Origin: Candidatus Hydrogenedentota bacterium
GTDB lineage: Bacteria; Hydrogenedentota; Hydrogenedentia; Hydrogenedentales; SLHB01
Reading direction: 5' to 3'
NCBI GenBank assembly: GCA_963668025.2
Contig: CAXXTH010000023.1
Span: forward strand, 96,001 to 160,000
Length of the DNA stretch: 64,000 nucleotides
Part shown: positions 31,616-40,694 of the stretch, one piece after another
Layout: every line of letters starts with the position of its first letter
How positions within the stretch are numbered: position 1 is the first letter of the stretch
The notes under the pieces: model-generated
The model's database searches: none
What the model was told of the DNA's origin: nothing
Seen by the model: only the letters and a program-made list of their open reading frames with translations
Position numbers and translations under genes: made by a program

Positions 31616-31860
31616 TCCTCAATCCATTGCGCCACTTCGCGGCGCAATTCACGGGGCACGTGGAGGGTGCGGGTCTTCCCGCCCTCCTTCCACGTCAGCA
31701 GGGCCGTTTCATGGATCGGCCCTTCCTGGACGCACCGGCAGCGCGGGTTCCCGCAGCGGCTGCGGGTGATGGTGAGCGTGGCGGGAAGAAAGGGCCCCAG
31801 ACGCGCCAGGCGCGCCTGGACCTTGCGTCCCGCCGAGTTCGTGACAGGTTTCCCTTCCAT
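31513..31860 (-). CDS. DUF6788-like Cys/His-rich IS accessory protein
   Basis: SRCGNPRCRCVQEGPIH...WKEGGKTRTLHVP; overlaps the transposase ORF by 103 nt. Confidence 0.75.
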   Translation of the reverse strand: MEGKPVTNSAGRKVQARLARLGPFLPATLTITRSRCGNPRCRCVQEGPIHETALLTWKEGGKTRTLHVPRELRREVAQWIEEWKKLKKLVEAMGAAQRQFLQTRKKSIRKSSGPS

Positions 31861-31886
31861 GTACGGAAGTATATATACTTCCGTAC
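31861..31886. promoter_or_regulatory. Perfect 26-bp palindrome abutting the accessory ORF start (candidate operator)
   Basis: GTACGGAAGTATATATACTTCCGTAC; same in copy 2 at 63580-63605. Confidence 0.6.
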
Positions 31887-32002
31887 CAGAAGTCAACAAA
31901 AAAAAGCGCCGATGCGAAGAAAAAACTCCCCGCACCGGCGCATCCTCAACTCATTCAACTGCTTCTACGCGAAAAAAAAGCGGTTCTTCACCGCTGAATC
32001 GT

Positions 32003-32407
32003 TTATGCTTTCGCCTCTGGTTCATTCCAAAAACGGACAAGAGCGGCTAACAGCTCCTTTGGGCCAATCGGTTTGTTGAGGAAGGCGTTAAAACCGGCCT
32101 TTTGGCATGCATCTGCTTCATCAGGATCTATGCTGGCCGTGAGAGCCACAAGGGGAAGATTCTCGAATTCCTCCATGGAGCGAATGCGTTTTGCCGCCTC
32201 CAGGCCATTCATGACCGGCATTCGAATATCCATGATGACGAGCTCGGGACGTTCCGATTGGGTGAGAGAGACGGCCTCCGCTCCATTACGCGCCACTAAA
32301 ACCTGATATTCGCCAATTTCTAGATATTCGGTGAACAGGAATATGTTCACTTCATTATCTTCAGCGAGCAAGATTTTCCGTTTCTTTGGATAATGGACTA
32401 CAGCCAT
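32003..32407 (-). CDS. Single-domain response regulator (CheY/DivK-like)
   Basis: ILLAEDN, IMDIRMPVMNG, ALTA, FLNKP. Confidence 0.92.
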   Translation of the reverse strand: MAVVHYPKKRKILLAEDNEVNIFLFTEYLEIGEYQVLVARNGAEAVSLTQSERPELVIMDIRMPVMNGLEAAKRIRSMEEFENLPLVALTASIDPDEADACQKAGFNAFLNKPIGPKELLAALVRFWNEPEAKA

Positions 32408-32729
32408 TATTCGCCTCTCTTACGAAAGGCCGCTTTGCGCGGAACAGGATTCCGCAAACATTGCGGCGTTTGAATGTTAGGCCAGCTCTTAGGGATTTCC
32501 GCCCACCATATAGTTCAGGCTGCTCAATGTTCTAAGATGAGTGTACCGTATTTTTATATGAATTGAGAAATCCGCCTTAATCGACATCATTTTATTGTGC
32601 TTTATGATGCATTCATATCCGCTCAAACAGGATACCTTGTGTTTATGAGTGCAATGCAAATCCTCCAATACCACCGCATCCGGAAAAAAGGCAGGGCATA
32701 TCTGAAACGCCATCCCCCACATTTTATGA

Positions 32730-32804
32730 GAATGAGCCACAAAAGACGTAAAAGATACAAAAATGAATTGTTCTTGCGTCTTTTGCGCCTCTTGAGGCTA
32801 ATTC
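32730..32804. repeat. Periodic hairpin element (3 x 9 nt arms)
   Basis: GAATGAG CCACAAAAG ACGTAAAAG ATACAAAAA ... TTCTTGCGT CTTTTGCGC CTCTTGAGG CTAATTC. Confidence 0.75.
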
Positions 32805-32948
32805 GGGAAAAGTTCTATTGCCTTATTCGCATAAACGATCTAGAGTAAGCGTGCATACAGTTTCAACTATAGGATATGGGCCTATTGGCTCACGGGGAGC
32901 TTCTTTTCGGGTGGGCGGCAGGCTCGCGAATTAATGGGAGGAGAAGAA

Positions 32949-33740
32949 ATGGGTAAGCAGTTACGCCGGTATGTGCCTCTTTTTTGCATCGTAGGGTGTT
33001 GGTTTTTGCTGACAGCCTGCCCTTGCACAGGAATTAGCTACAGCCTATTTAATTATCTGCCAGCGGATATTGGCAATAGCTGGATCTATGGCTGCAACTC
33101 AGCTAATTCCGAGGTTACAGCAGAAGAATATGTCGCCAACGAAGGCATGTCAACACAATTTAAGATTATGTCTAAAGGCGTGGTGAATAACCATTCCGTG
33201 TGGCTCGTGGAAAATAGAGATAGTTTGTCGTTGGAGAATGAGAACTTCCAAGCCTACTATTTCTTCTATCAAGATGGCGTAATGTATTATACATTAAGCC
33301 TGGATGTGATCCGCGCCCTGCCGGAACTGACGACTCCCGCGACCAATACGACAGAGACGCTGTATGTAGCGTATCCATTTGTCCACTTGGACTTAACTCC
33401 GCGCACAATTACCGACGCCACGGACCCCCTGGTGATAGAAAACAATGGGAATCCCGTGCGTTATGTACGGGGGGCATTCGCGGATTTCTTCCCTATGGCC
33501 CTCAATCCCTATATAAATGATGGCAGCCTTACTATTGAATCTTTTGCCGCGGGAGTGCAAGGGTGGGAAGACTGCATCGCCCTTGAGAAATTTGTACCCA
33601 CCGAGGTCAAGAAAGACGAGGGCGAGTGGTATATCGAGATGATTTTTGGACGTGATTTGGGTCCGATGATGATTGATTGGTATATGCCTGTCTTATCGGG
33701 CGATATTTGTGGCGGTTTTCCAGAGATAATTGAAAATTAG
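32949..33740 (+). CDS. Hypothetical lipoprotein
   Basis: Signal peptide ending in LTAC (lipobox); GGAGGAG RBS. Confidence 0.65.
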   Translation: MGKQLRRYVPLFCIVGCWFLLTACPCTGISYSLFNYLPADIGNSWIYGCNSANSEVTAEEYVANEGMSTQFKIMSKGVVNNHSVWLVENRDSLSLENENFQAYYFFYQDGVMYYTLSLDVIRALPELTTPATNTTETLYVAYPFVHLDLTPRTITDATDPLVIENNGNPVRYVRGAFADFFPMALNPYINDGSLTIESFAAGVQGWEDCIALEKFVPTEVKKDEGEWYIEMIFGRDLGPMMIDWYMPVLSGDICGGFPEIIEN

Positions 33741-33780
33741 AAGAAGCGTCTTATTTTAAGAGAGACGGTCGAAACAGATA

Positions 33781-33819
33781 AAAAGGCAAGGCGGACTAGA
33801 AAATTCGGCCTTGCCTTTT
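33781..33819. terminator. Bidirectional intrinsic terminator
   Basis: AAAAGGCAAGGC...GCCTTGCCTTTT between convergent genes. Confidence 0.7.
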
Positions 33820-33832
33820 CTGTTATAACGAC

Positions 33833-34504
33833 CTACGGCTGCACGACTTCACGCCCCACGAACCACTCAGCGCCATGTATCTGCCCCGCAGGCAGATGGC
33901 CGCGCCGGGCCTCCGCGAATGCGGGGGCTTTATCGGCTCCGCTAACCAAGAACCATTTGCGCTTGGCCGCATTCAATACGGGAAATGTCAGCGTAATCCG
34001 GGGCGGCTCGAGCTGGGGAGCCTCATTGCGCACGGCTAGCCGCTGGGTTTCCCCAAGCGCGTGCGTTCCAGGGAATAGGGAAGCCGTATGCCCATCCGCG
34101 CCCATGCCCAGGAGTACGAGATCAAAGACCGGCATGCCTGCGGCGTTCATAAGCAGCTTAGCGCGCAAAAGCTGTTCATAATCCTCCGCAGCCCTTTCGC
34201 GTTCTGCCTCCATCCGGAACGCCTTTACGGGAGGCACATGCGCCAGCAATTCATGGAGGAGCATCCTCCAGTTAGATCGAGGATCCGAGGGGGAAACACA
34301 GCGTTCATCCACCTGGTAAAACGATAATGCATTCCAGGGTATGCGCGCTCGATATTCCGCCGCAAGGAGGGAATAGAACGTGGCGGGCGTCCGGCCGCCA
34401 GACACCGCGACCGTGCATGTATCGCCCCGGCTTGCGAATTCTGTAAAACGCAAGGCCATTTCGGCGGCGGGATCATCGCTTATATGGAGTAGCATATCTT
34501 CCAT
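33833..34504 (-). CDS. pgl: 6-phosphogluconolactonase
   Basis: AVSGGRTP, VDERCV..DPRSN, LGMGADGHTASLFP; exact start uncertain. Confidence 0.93.
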   Translation of the reverse strand: MEDMLLHISDDPAAEMALRFTEFASRGDTCTVAVSGGRTPATFYSLLAAEYRARIPWNALSFYQVDERCVSPSDPRSNWRMLLHELLAHVPPVKAFRMEAERERAAEDYEQLLRAKLLMNAAGMPVFDLVLLGMGADGHTASLFPGTHALGETQRLAVRNEAPQLEPPRITLTFPVLNAAKRKWFLVSGADKAPAFAEARRGHLPAGQIHGAEWFVGREVVQP

Positions 34505-34691
34505 CCGTACAAAATTCAGCTCTTTTGACAAAAAAGCTCGACCGGTTGAAAATACACCAAATAACAGCCCAAGGGAAACTGCCGCGCTTGAAGCCGCACG
34601 CGCACTCGGTTATAAGAACGGTGCGGATGGAGGCGGGATGTGATAGACCATCCGCTATCTTGAGAAACATTGAAAATGGAGTAAACGTTTC

Positions 34692-36131
34692 GTGGCTTCC
34701 ACGCCATTCACAGATGCGGCGATCATGGCCCTCTTGCGCCGTTTTAATCCATGGTGGAGCGGCGGATATCCGGCTGCACTGCCTGCGGCGCGTCGCAGCG
34801 TGTTTCAAACGTTATGGGAGCGCGTCTACGCCCAAGACGGGCCGCCGGTGCTTTTATTAAGCGGCCCGCGCGGCGCGGGTAAAACCACGCTGCTCCAGCA
34901 ACTGGCGGCGGAACTCCTCAAGAGTGGGGCCCCTCCGTTATATGTCCTGTATGCGCCCATCGAGCACCCCCTTTTCAAGCTTGCGGGGCTCGAGGCCATC
35001 ATGCGGGCATGGTCCGCCGCCACGCCCAAGGCGGGCGATACGCTGTATTTGCTGCTGGATGAAATCGAGTATGCGAAAAACTGGGAGGCCTGGCTTGCGC
35101 ATCATGCCCGGGCGGGGCTTAAATGCCGCATCATCGCGGCGGCGTCCGTGTTGCCACCCGCTGAAAAAGCGAATGCGGAATCGCCATGGCCGGTTTTGCG
35201 CATATCCTCGCTCTTGTTCGCGGACTATCTGCGCCTGCAAAATGCCCTGCCCCGGGGGCTGCCTTCTGGGCAAAATCTGCGGGAACTCTTTGCTTGGGAC
35301 GCGGGCGCGTTCGAGGCGGTGGCGGTGGCGGCCTATCCGCTGGCGGCGCAATTCCACGATTACCTCCTTCGAGGCGGTTTCCCAGGCGTGAGTTTCCAGC
35401 GCGAATTGGCGTCCGTACAGGCGGATCTGCGCGGGGTGATTATCGACCGCATACTCAAGGGCGATCTTGCGGCGATATACGGCGTGCGGAGCATCGCCGA
35501 ACTCGAACACTTATACCTAGAGCTGTGCGCCCACGATGGAGAGCCCGTGGATATCCTGGAATTAAGCGAACGGCTGGGCGTTTCCAAAAATACGGTGCGC
35601 AAGCATCTGGAGCTGCTGGCGTCGGCTCATTTGATCTGCCAGACGCCCCAGTTCGGTTACGGCAGCGAAGTGCTGCGCGGGCATATGAAAATATGCCTGT
35701 CTGATCCGGCTCTCGGATTTGCCATGCATGCCCGGGGCCGCGAGGCGCTCGAGGATGACGCCCGCATGCTCGGGGCCGCTGAGTCTTGCGTTTTCAAGCA
35801 CTTGTATGCGCGGGACGCCTGGGGCGGGCCTGCTTATTCGTATTGGCGGCTGCGCACGGGCGAGCATGTCAGCTTCATCGCCACGGGCGGTGCGGGAAAA
35901 AGCAGGCCCTTCCATGTCGTCGAAGGCGACAATGGCCTCGACCCCGCCGCATTGGCCGGCCTGCGCCGGTTTTGCGCGGATAAGCAAGTGCCGATGGCCT
36001 ACGTCATCACGCGCAGGCTCGATGATTTCGGCCCCGCGGCTCTCCCCGGGCCGGGCCGGGCATCAAAGGAAAAACTGGCCACGCAGTGCATGCGGATACC
36101 TGCGGCGCTGTTTTGTTATTGGATGTCTTAA
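34692..36131 (+). CDS. AAA+ ATPase (AAA_14 + DUF4143-like)
   Basis: Walker A GPRGAGKT, Walker B LLLDEI, YLLRGGFP, HTH-like GVSKNTVRKHL. Confidence 0.85.
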   Translation: MASTPFTDAAIMALLRRFNPWWSGGYPAALPAARRSVFQTLWERVYAQDGPPVLLLSGPRGAGKTTLLQQLAAELLKSGAPPLYVLYAPIEHPLFKLAGLEAIMRAWSAATPKAGDTLYLLLDEIEYAKNWEAWLAHHARAGLKCRIIAAASVLPPAEKANAESPWPVLRISSLLFADYLRLQNALPRGLPSGQNLRELFAWDAGAFEAVAVAAYPLAAQFHDYLLRGGFPGVSFQRELASVQADLRGVIIDRILKGDLAAIYGVRSIAELEHLYLELCAHDGEPVDILELSERLGVSKNTVRKHLELLASAHLICQTPQFGYGSEVLRGHMKICLSDPALGFAMHARGREALEDDARMLGAAESCVFKHLYARDAWGGPAYSYWRLRTGEHVSFIATGGAGKSRPFHVVEGDNGLDPAALAGLRRFCADKQVPMAYVITRRLDDFGPAALPGPGRASKEKLATQCMRIPAALFCYWMS

Positions 36132-36203
36132 CGTAGCATGGGCGTCCCGCCCATGAAAAATGTGCTAGAGCCAATGTTTCATGGGCGGGACGCCCATGCT
36201 ACG
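36132..36203. repeat. REP-like (GTAG-type) inverted doublet
   Basis: CGTAGCATGGGCGTCCCGCCCATG...CATGGGCGGGACGCCCATGCTACG directly after the ATPase stop codon. Confidence 0.85.
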
Positions 36204-36247
36204 GGAGCAGGTTGAAGCGGGGTTTTTATTGACAAATCAAGGAGCAT

Positions 36248-36781
36248 ATGATGCAAGAAGAATCCAAACTGCTGGTGGCGGTCATCATGGGAAGCAAATC
36301 GGATTGGGAGACCATGAGCCCGGCTTCAGAGGTGTTGTCCGAATTCGGCGTGCCCCATGAATGCCGCGTGCTGTCGGCCCATCGCACGCCCGAGGCGTTG
36401 TTTACCTTCGTAGCGGATGCGGAAGCGCGTGGATGCGAAGTGTTCATCGCGGGCGCGGGCGGCGCGGCCCACCTCGCGGGGGTCATCGCCGCGCACACCC
36501 TCCGCCCCGTGCTGGGCGTGCCCATCGAGAGCAAACTCCAAGGGCTCGATTCACTGTTGTCCACCGTGCAAATGCCGGGCGGCATCCCCGTGGGCACGCT
36601 GGCCATTGGCCGTGCGGGGGCCACTAATGCCGCGCTGCTGGCGGCGGCCATCCTGGGCAACAGCCGTCCCGAGTTGCGCGAACAACTCCGCACCTACCGT
36701 GCGAAACGAGCGGAGGCCATTCTGAATGAGACATTGCCGCCCGCTGGCGCGCCAAAAGGATTTATATCGTCTTCCCGGTGA
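36248..36781 (+). CDS. purE: N5-CAIR mutase
   Basis: IMGSKSD, SAHRTP, AGAGGAAHL, STVQMPGG. Confidence 0.96.
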   Translation: MMQEESKLLVAVIMGSKSDWETMSPASEVLSEFGVPHECRVLSAHRTPEALFTFVADAEARGCEVFIAGAGGAAHLAGVIAAHTLRPVLGVPIESKLQGLDSLLSTVQMPGGIPVGTLAIGRAGATNAALLAAAILGNSRPELREQLRTYRAKRAEAILNETLPPAGAPKGFISSSR

Positions 36782-37166
36782 GTATCACTTTCTCTGCAAA
36801 CAAAACAGTGTAATGACACGTGAGGCAAGGTCTCAGATGGCTTTGCCTCGTTTGTTCTTATCATATGCCCGCATTAAATACCAAATTAACATATTTATTA
36901 TTAAATTATTTTACAATATTTCGTCAATATATATCCGCTGTATACTCAAAAGTGTAAATCTATATTGAATAAGCAAAATTAAAATTTCGTAATCTTATTG
37001 GCATAAACGGGATTCCATATGGTACAAACCCGTTTGGGTGGGGATGATGGTTTTTCTTGATTGCATGCCGGGGTAGTCGTGCTTCTCGGGAGTCTAGATG
37101 AAGTTTATTTGAGGTGCGGCTATGCGGAACAAGGCTTTAGCGAGCCTAAAAGAAGAGGGAAACACT

Positions 37167-40100
37167 ATGCGTTGTACAAAGCCAGCAAGATTGTTTGGGG
37201 CGGTGGAGTATGGAAAGTCATTTTGGTTGATGGCTTCGCTTGTTATTTTTATTGCATCGCCGGGCCTGGAGGCGCATGCAACGGGTCTTGCATTGAGCGG
37301 GCGGGTGCAGCTTGATGGAGCAGGATTGAGCGGCGTCACCATGACGCTGAGCCGGACGGGGGCGGCGGATCAGGTATACACCACGAGCACCGATGGTTCG
37401 TATCAATTCACGGGCATCGCTTCCGCCAACTACACGCTCACCCCGAGTTTGGCGAAGCATGCGTTTAAGCCCGCCCAGATAAGCTATGCGCCACTGGCTC
37501 AAAGCCAGACAAATCAAAATTTTACGGCATCGAAGGCGTATACAATTAGCGGGAATGTATCACTTGAGGGCGGGGATGTGACCCAAGTGGAGATGGTGTT
37601 ATCGGGAGATGCGTCACAAACGGTTTATCCCGACTCCACTGGCGCATATGCCTTCACTAACCTGGCCGCTGGTGGATATGTCATTAAGCCCAAGCTTACT
37701 GGTGCTGTGTTTACGCCTGCGTCAAAAACGTATACGGATTTGGCCGCGGACCAAAGCGGCCAGGATTTTGTGGGAGATGCGTTGCATCAGATCACGGGAA
37801 AAGTGGCCAAAGATAGCGCAGGGCTTTCCGGGGTGGTGATGACCCTTAAGCAAACCGGGGCCGCGGATCGTGTCTATACGACGGGGCAAAATGGCGTGTA
37901 TGTGTTCGAGAGCCTGCCCACTGCGGAATACACCCTTGCACCGGCCAAAGCCAGCCATGTCTTTACGCCGGAGCAACGGGCATATGCGCCGCTGCTGGCG
38001 GATCAGACGGATCAGAATTTCGAAGCGCAGGAAGTGTATAGCATAAGCGGAACGGTGGTTTTGTCAGACGGCGGCGATGTGGCGCAAGTGGCGCTGGCGC
38101 TCACCGGCGACGCCGCTCGCACCGTGTATCCAGATGCATCGGGCGCATATGTTTTCGAGCAGCTTCCCGCTGGGAATTACACGGTAACACCCACGATGGC
38201 GGGCTGCACCTTCACGCCAGAGCAGCGGTGTTATGAAGGGCTTGCCGCAAGCCAGACAGGCCAGGATTTCCAGGGCAATAACCTGCACAGCATCACGGGA
38301 CACGTGTTGAAGGATGGCGCGGGGCTTGCCGGTGTCACGATGACTCTCCGCCAAACAGACGGCGCGGACCAGGTGTACGCCACGACCGGAGAGGGCGTAT
38401 TTGTCTTTAACAATGTCCCTACAGGCGATTACACGCTTACACCCAGCCTGGAAAATCATTCTTTCACACCGGAATTGCGGTCGTATGCGCCGCTCGCACA
38501 GGACGAGCTCGGCCAAGATTTTGAAGCCTTCGCGACCTATGCCATTCGAGGGATTGTAAGCCTGACGGATGGCGGCGATGTGGCCGCAGCCAAGGTGGTC
38601 CTGTCGGGCGACAAGGATGCGGAGGTTGCGCCAGATGAAGAAGGCGCATATGCCTTCACCGATCTCGAACCGGGCAATTATGAGGTCAAAGCCGTATTGC
38701 GCGGGTATCGATTCGAGCCGGAATTGGAGCAGTTTGCCCCGCTTGAATCGGATGAGGAAGGTGTAGACTTTGAAGGCGTCCGCGCCTATGGCGTCTGTGT
38801 GCCGTTTTTCCAAGACAATGCGCCTGCGGAAGGCCGCGTACCCGGCAGCCGGGGCAACCAGTCGTTTATTGGAGTGAAAAACCTTTCCGGCGAACCGAAT
38901 ACGCTGACGATTCACTACACGAATCAAAATGGAGAAGACCGCACGCCAGAAGCCAACACCTATGTGTTGAATGCATATGAGGGGCTTTCGTGGAGGCCAT
39001 GCCGCCAGGATGCAAACATTGAAGGCGTCGCGGCCGCCATTCCCGACATGACGGAAGAGTTTATTGGAAGCGCCTTGGTGTGGTCGACAGGCCCCGTGGC
39101 GGGGCGCATGCTCTTTGTGTCGGCCAATGGCTCGGAAAGCGCCTATACCTTGCCGGGTATTGAAGGCTCGGAACAAGTGGTGGCGCCGTTCTTCATGGAT
39201 TCATCACCCACCAACGGCACGGTGTTCCCCGGTACAGGCATGTCCACTTACCTTGGCGTGTTGAATATGGACAGCTCGGACATGGAAGCGCAGCTTCGGG
39301 TGTGGTACTCGAATTCGGCTAGTGTAGATCAAACGCCGGAAGAGAATTGCTTCACACTGGGAAGCTGGCTGGGCATTTCATGGCGGCCAGGAAAAGATGA
39401 TCCGAATCTCGAGGGCCATGGCGCGGCAGTGCCCAATATGATGTCCGGCGGCGTAGGCAGCGCGGTGGTCACGGGAGGCAAGTATCTTGCGGGCCGCGTG
39501 TTGTGCATGGCCTCGACTGGGGCGCAATATGCCTATACGATGAGTGGAGAAGGCTCGGAAGACCTCGTGGTTCCGTTCTTCATGGACAACGCCCCGGTGG
39601 AAGGCAAGCTCATTCCGAGTTCAGGCGACGCCACGTATATTGGGGTGAAGAACCTTTCGGCCGAACCCGTGACACTCACCATCCGGTATGCCAATATAAG
39701 CAATCTGGATGTAACGCCTGCCGTAAACACGTACGTGCTGGCGGCGAACGGCGCGGTATCGTGGCGTCCAAGCAAGAATGCTCCATTGCTTGAAGGCGTT
39801 GCAGTGAATGTGCCCGACATGGCGGCTGGCGTGGGCGGCAGCGCGGTTATCACTGCAACCGGGCCTATCGCGGGCCGCTTGCTCACGATAGCAACGAATG
39901 GCTCGATGAGCGCCTATACCCTTCGAAGCGCTGAAGGCGCAAAGACAGTAGTCGCCCCCTTCTTCCAGGACAACGCCCCAGCCGATGGCGCGTATCCGCC
40001 CGTGACAAATGCGGCGTCCTTTATCGGGATAAAAAACCTCACGGCGGAACCCGTGACGCTCACCATCCGGTATGCTAATGGCGCGGGAACCGACCGCACT

Positions 40101-40322
40101 CCCGCGAACAATACTTATGTGCTTGCGGGCAACGCGAACATATCCTGGCGGCCGACGCGTAATGATCCGGCCGTGGAAGGCGGAGCTGCCGCCGTGCCTG
40201 ATATGACATTGGGCGGCGTGGGCAGCGCTGTTATCGAGTCTACTGGGCCGGTGGCCGGGCGGTTGCTGACCGTTTCGTCCAAGTCGCAAAGCGCCTACGA
40301 ATTACCATCCAGCGAAGAATAG
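37167..40322 (+). CDS. Large secreted repeat protein: six carboxypeptidase-regulatory/Cna-B-like units plus four ~128-aa unrecognised units
   Basis: Signal-like segment; repeats I(S/T)GxV...G.Y.F..L..G.Y.LTP; C-terminal repeats (V/A)PFFxDN.P...IGVKNL...SWRP...VPDM...GSA...GPVAGR...SAY.L. Confidence 0.8.
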   Translation: MRCTKPARLFGAVEYGKSFWLMASLVIFIASPGLEAHATGLALSGRVQLDGAGLSGVTMTLSRTGAADQVYTTSTDGSYQFTGIASANYTLTPSLAKHAFKPAQISYAPLAQSQTNQNFTASKAYTISGNVSLEGGDVTQVEMVLSGDASQTVYPDSTGAYAFTNLAAGGYVIKPKLTGAVFTPASKTYTDLAADQSGQDFVGDALHQITGKVAKDSAGLSGVVMTLKQTGAADRVYTTGQNGVYVFESLPTAEYTLAPAKASHVFTPEQRAYAPLLADQTDQNFEAQEVYSISGTVVLSDGGDVAQVALALTGDAARTVYPDASGAYVFEQLPAGNYTVTPTMAGCTFTPEQRCYEGLAASQTGQDFQGNNLHSITGHVLKDGAGLAGVTMTLRQTDGADQVYATTGEGVFVFNNVPTGDYTLTPSLENHSFTPELRSYAPLAQDELGQDFEAFATYAIRGIVSLTDGGDVAAAKVVLSGDKDAEVAPDEEGAYAFTDLEPGNYEVKAVLRGYRFEPELEQFAPLESDEEGVDFEGVRAYGVCVPFFQDNAPAEGRVPGSRGNQSFIGVKNLSGEPNTLTIHYTNQNGEDRTPEANTYVLNAYEGLSWRPCRQDANIEGVAAAIPDMTEEFIGSALVWSTGPVAGRMLFVSANGSESAYTLPGIEGSEQVVAPFFMDSSPTNGTVFPGTGMSTYLGVLNMDSSDMEAQLRVWYSNSASVDQTPEENCFTLGSWLGISWRPGKDDPNLEGHGAAVPNMMSGGVGSAVVTGGKYLAGRVLCMASTGAQYAYTMSGEGSEDLVVPFFMDNAPVEGKLIPSSGDATYIGVKNLSAEPVTLTIRYANISNLDVTPAVNTYVLAANGAVSWRPSKNAPLLEGVAVNVPDMAAGVGGSAVITATGPIAGRLLTIATNGSMSAYTLRSAEGAKTVVAPFFQDNAPADGAYPPVTNAASFIGIKNLTAEPVTLTIRYANGAGTDRTPANNTYVLAGNANISWRPTRNDPAVEGGAAAVPDMTLGGVGSAVIESTGPVAGRLLTVSSKSQSAYELPSSEE

Positions 40323-40337
40323 GTCATTTGTTTATAC

Positions 40338-40382
40338 ACACGCCGCCCGGATTCCCTCACAGGGAGCCGGGCGGCGTGTTTT
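40338..40382 (+). terminator. Intrinsic terminator
   Basis: ACACGCCGCCCGG...CCGGGCGGCGTGT followed by TTT. Confidence 0.75.
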
Positions 40383-40563
40383 AACGTGGTTTTTCGATGT
40401 GCTTCAGCTTGAGCGCCTGATGCTAAAGCGTTTCGAGAAGACACGTTAAAGAGCACTACTTAAATAGTCCTTACCATCAGAACACACCAACTGAAGCCGG
40501 ATGCCAAAAAGAACCTACTCAAGCAGGCTAAAAAGATGGGGCCTGTTGCATACAATCTTGAGC

Positions 40564-40624
40564 CACTCAATACCTCACTCAATACCCCCAAACCCAAGAC
40601 CCTAAACCCAAGACCCTAAACCCT
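40564..40624. repeat. Short tandem repeats (2 x 12 nt, then 5 x 7 nt)
   Basis: CACTCAATACC(T/C) x2; AAACCCA AGACCCT AAACCCA AGACCCT AAACCCT. Confidence 0.7.
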
Positions 40625-40694
40625 ATTTGCACCTCATGGCCATCCTTTGGCAATATAGCCGTTCATTGGATGAGAAAGAAAATGGAGAAGTTTC

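Larger units (their letters stand above)
30010..31996 (-). mobile_element. Insertion sequence copy 1 (1987 bp; DDE transposase plus Cys-rich accessory ORF)
   Basis: 13-bp perfect terminal IRs CAGCGGTGAAGAA / TTCTTCACCGCTG; duplicated at 61729-63715. Confidence 0.95.
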
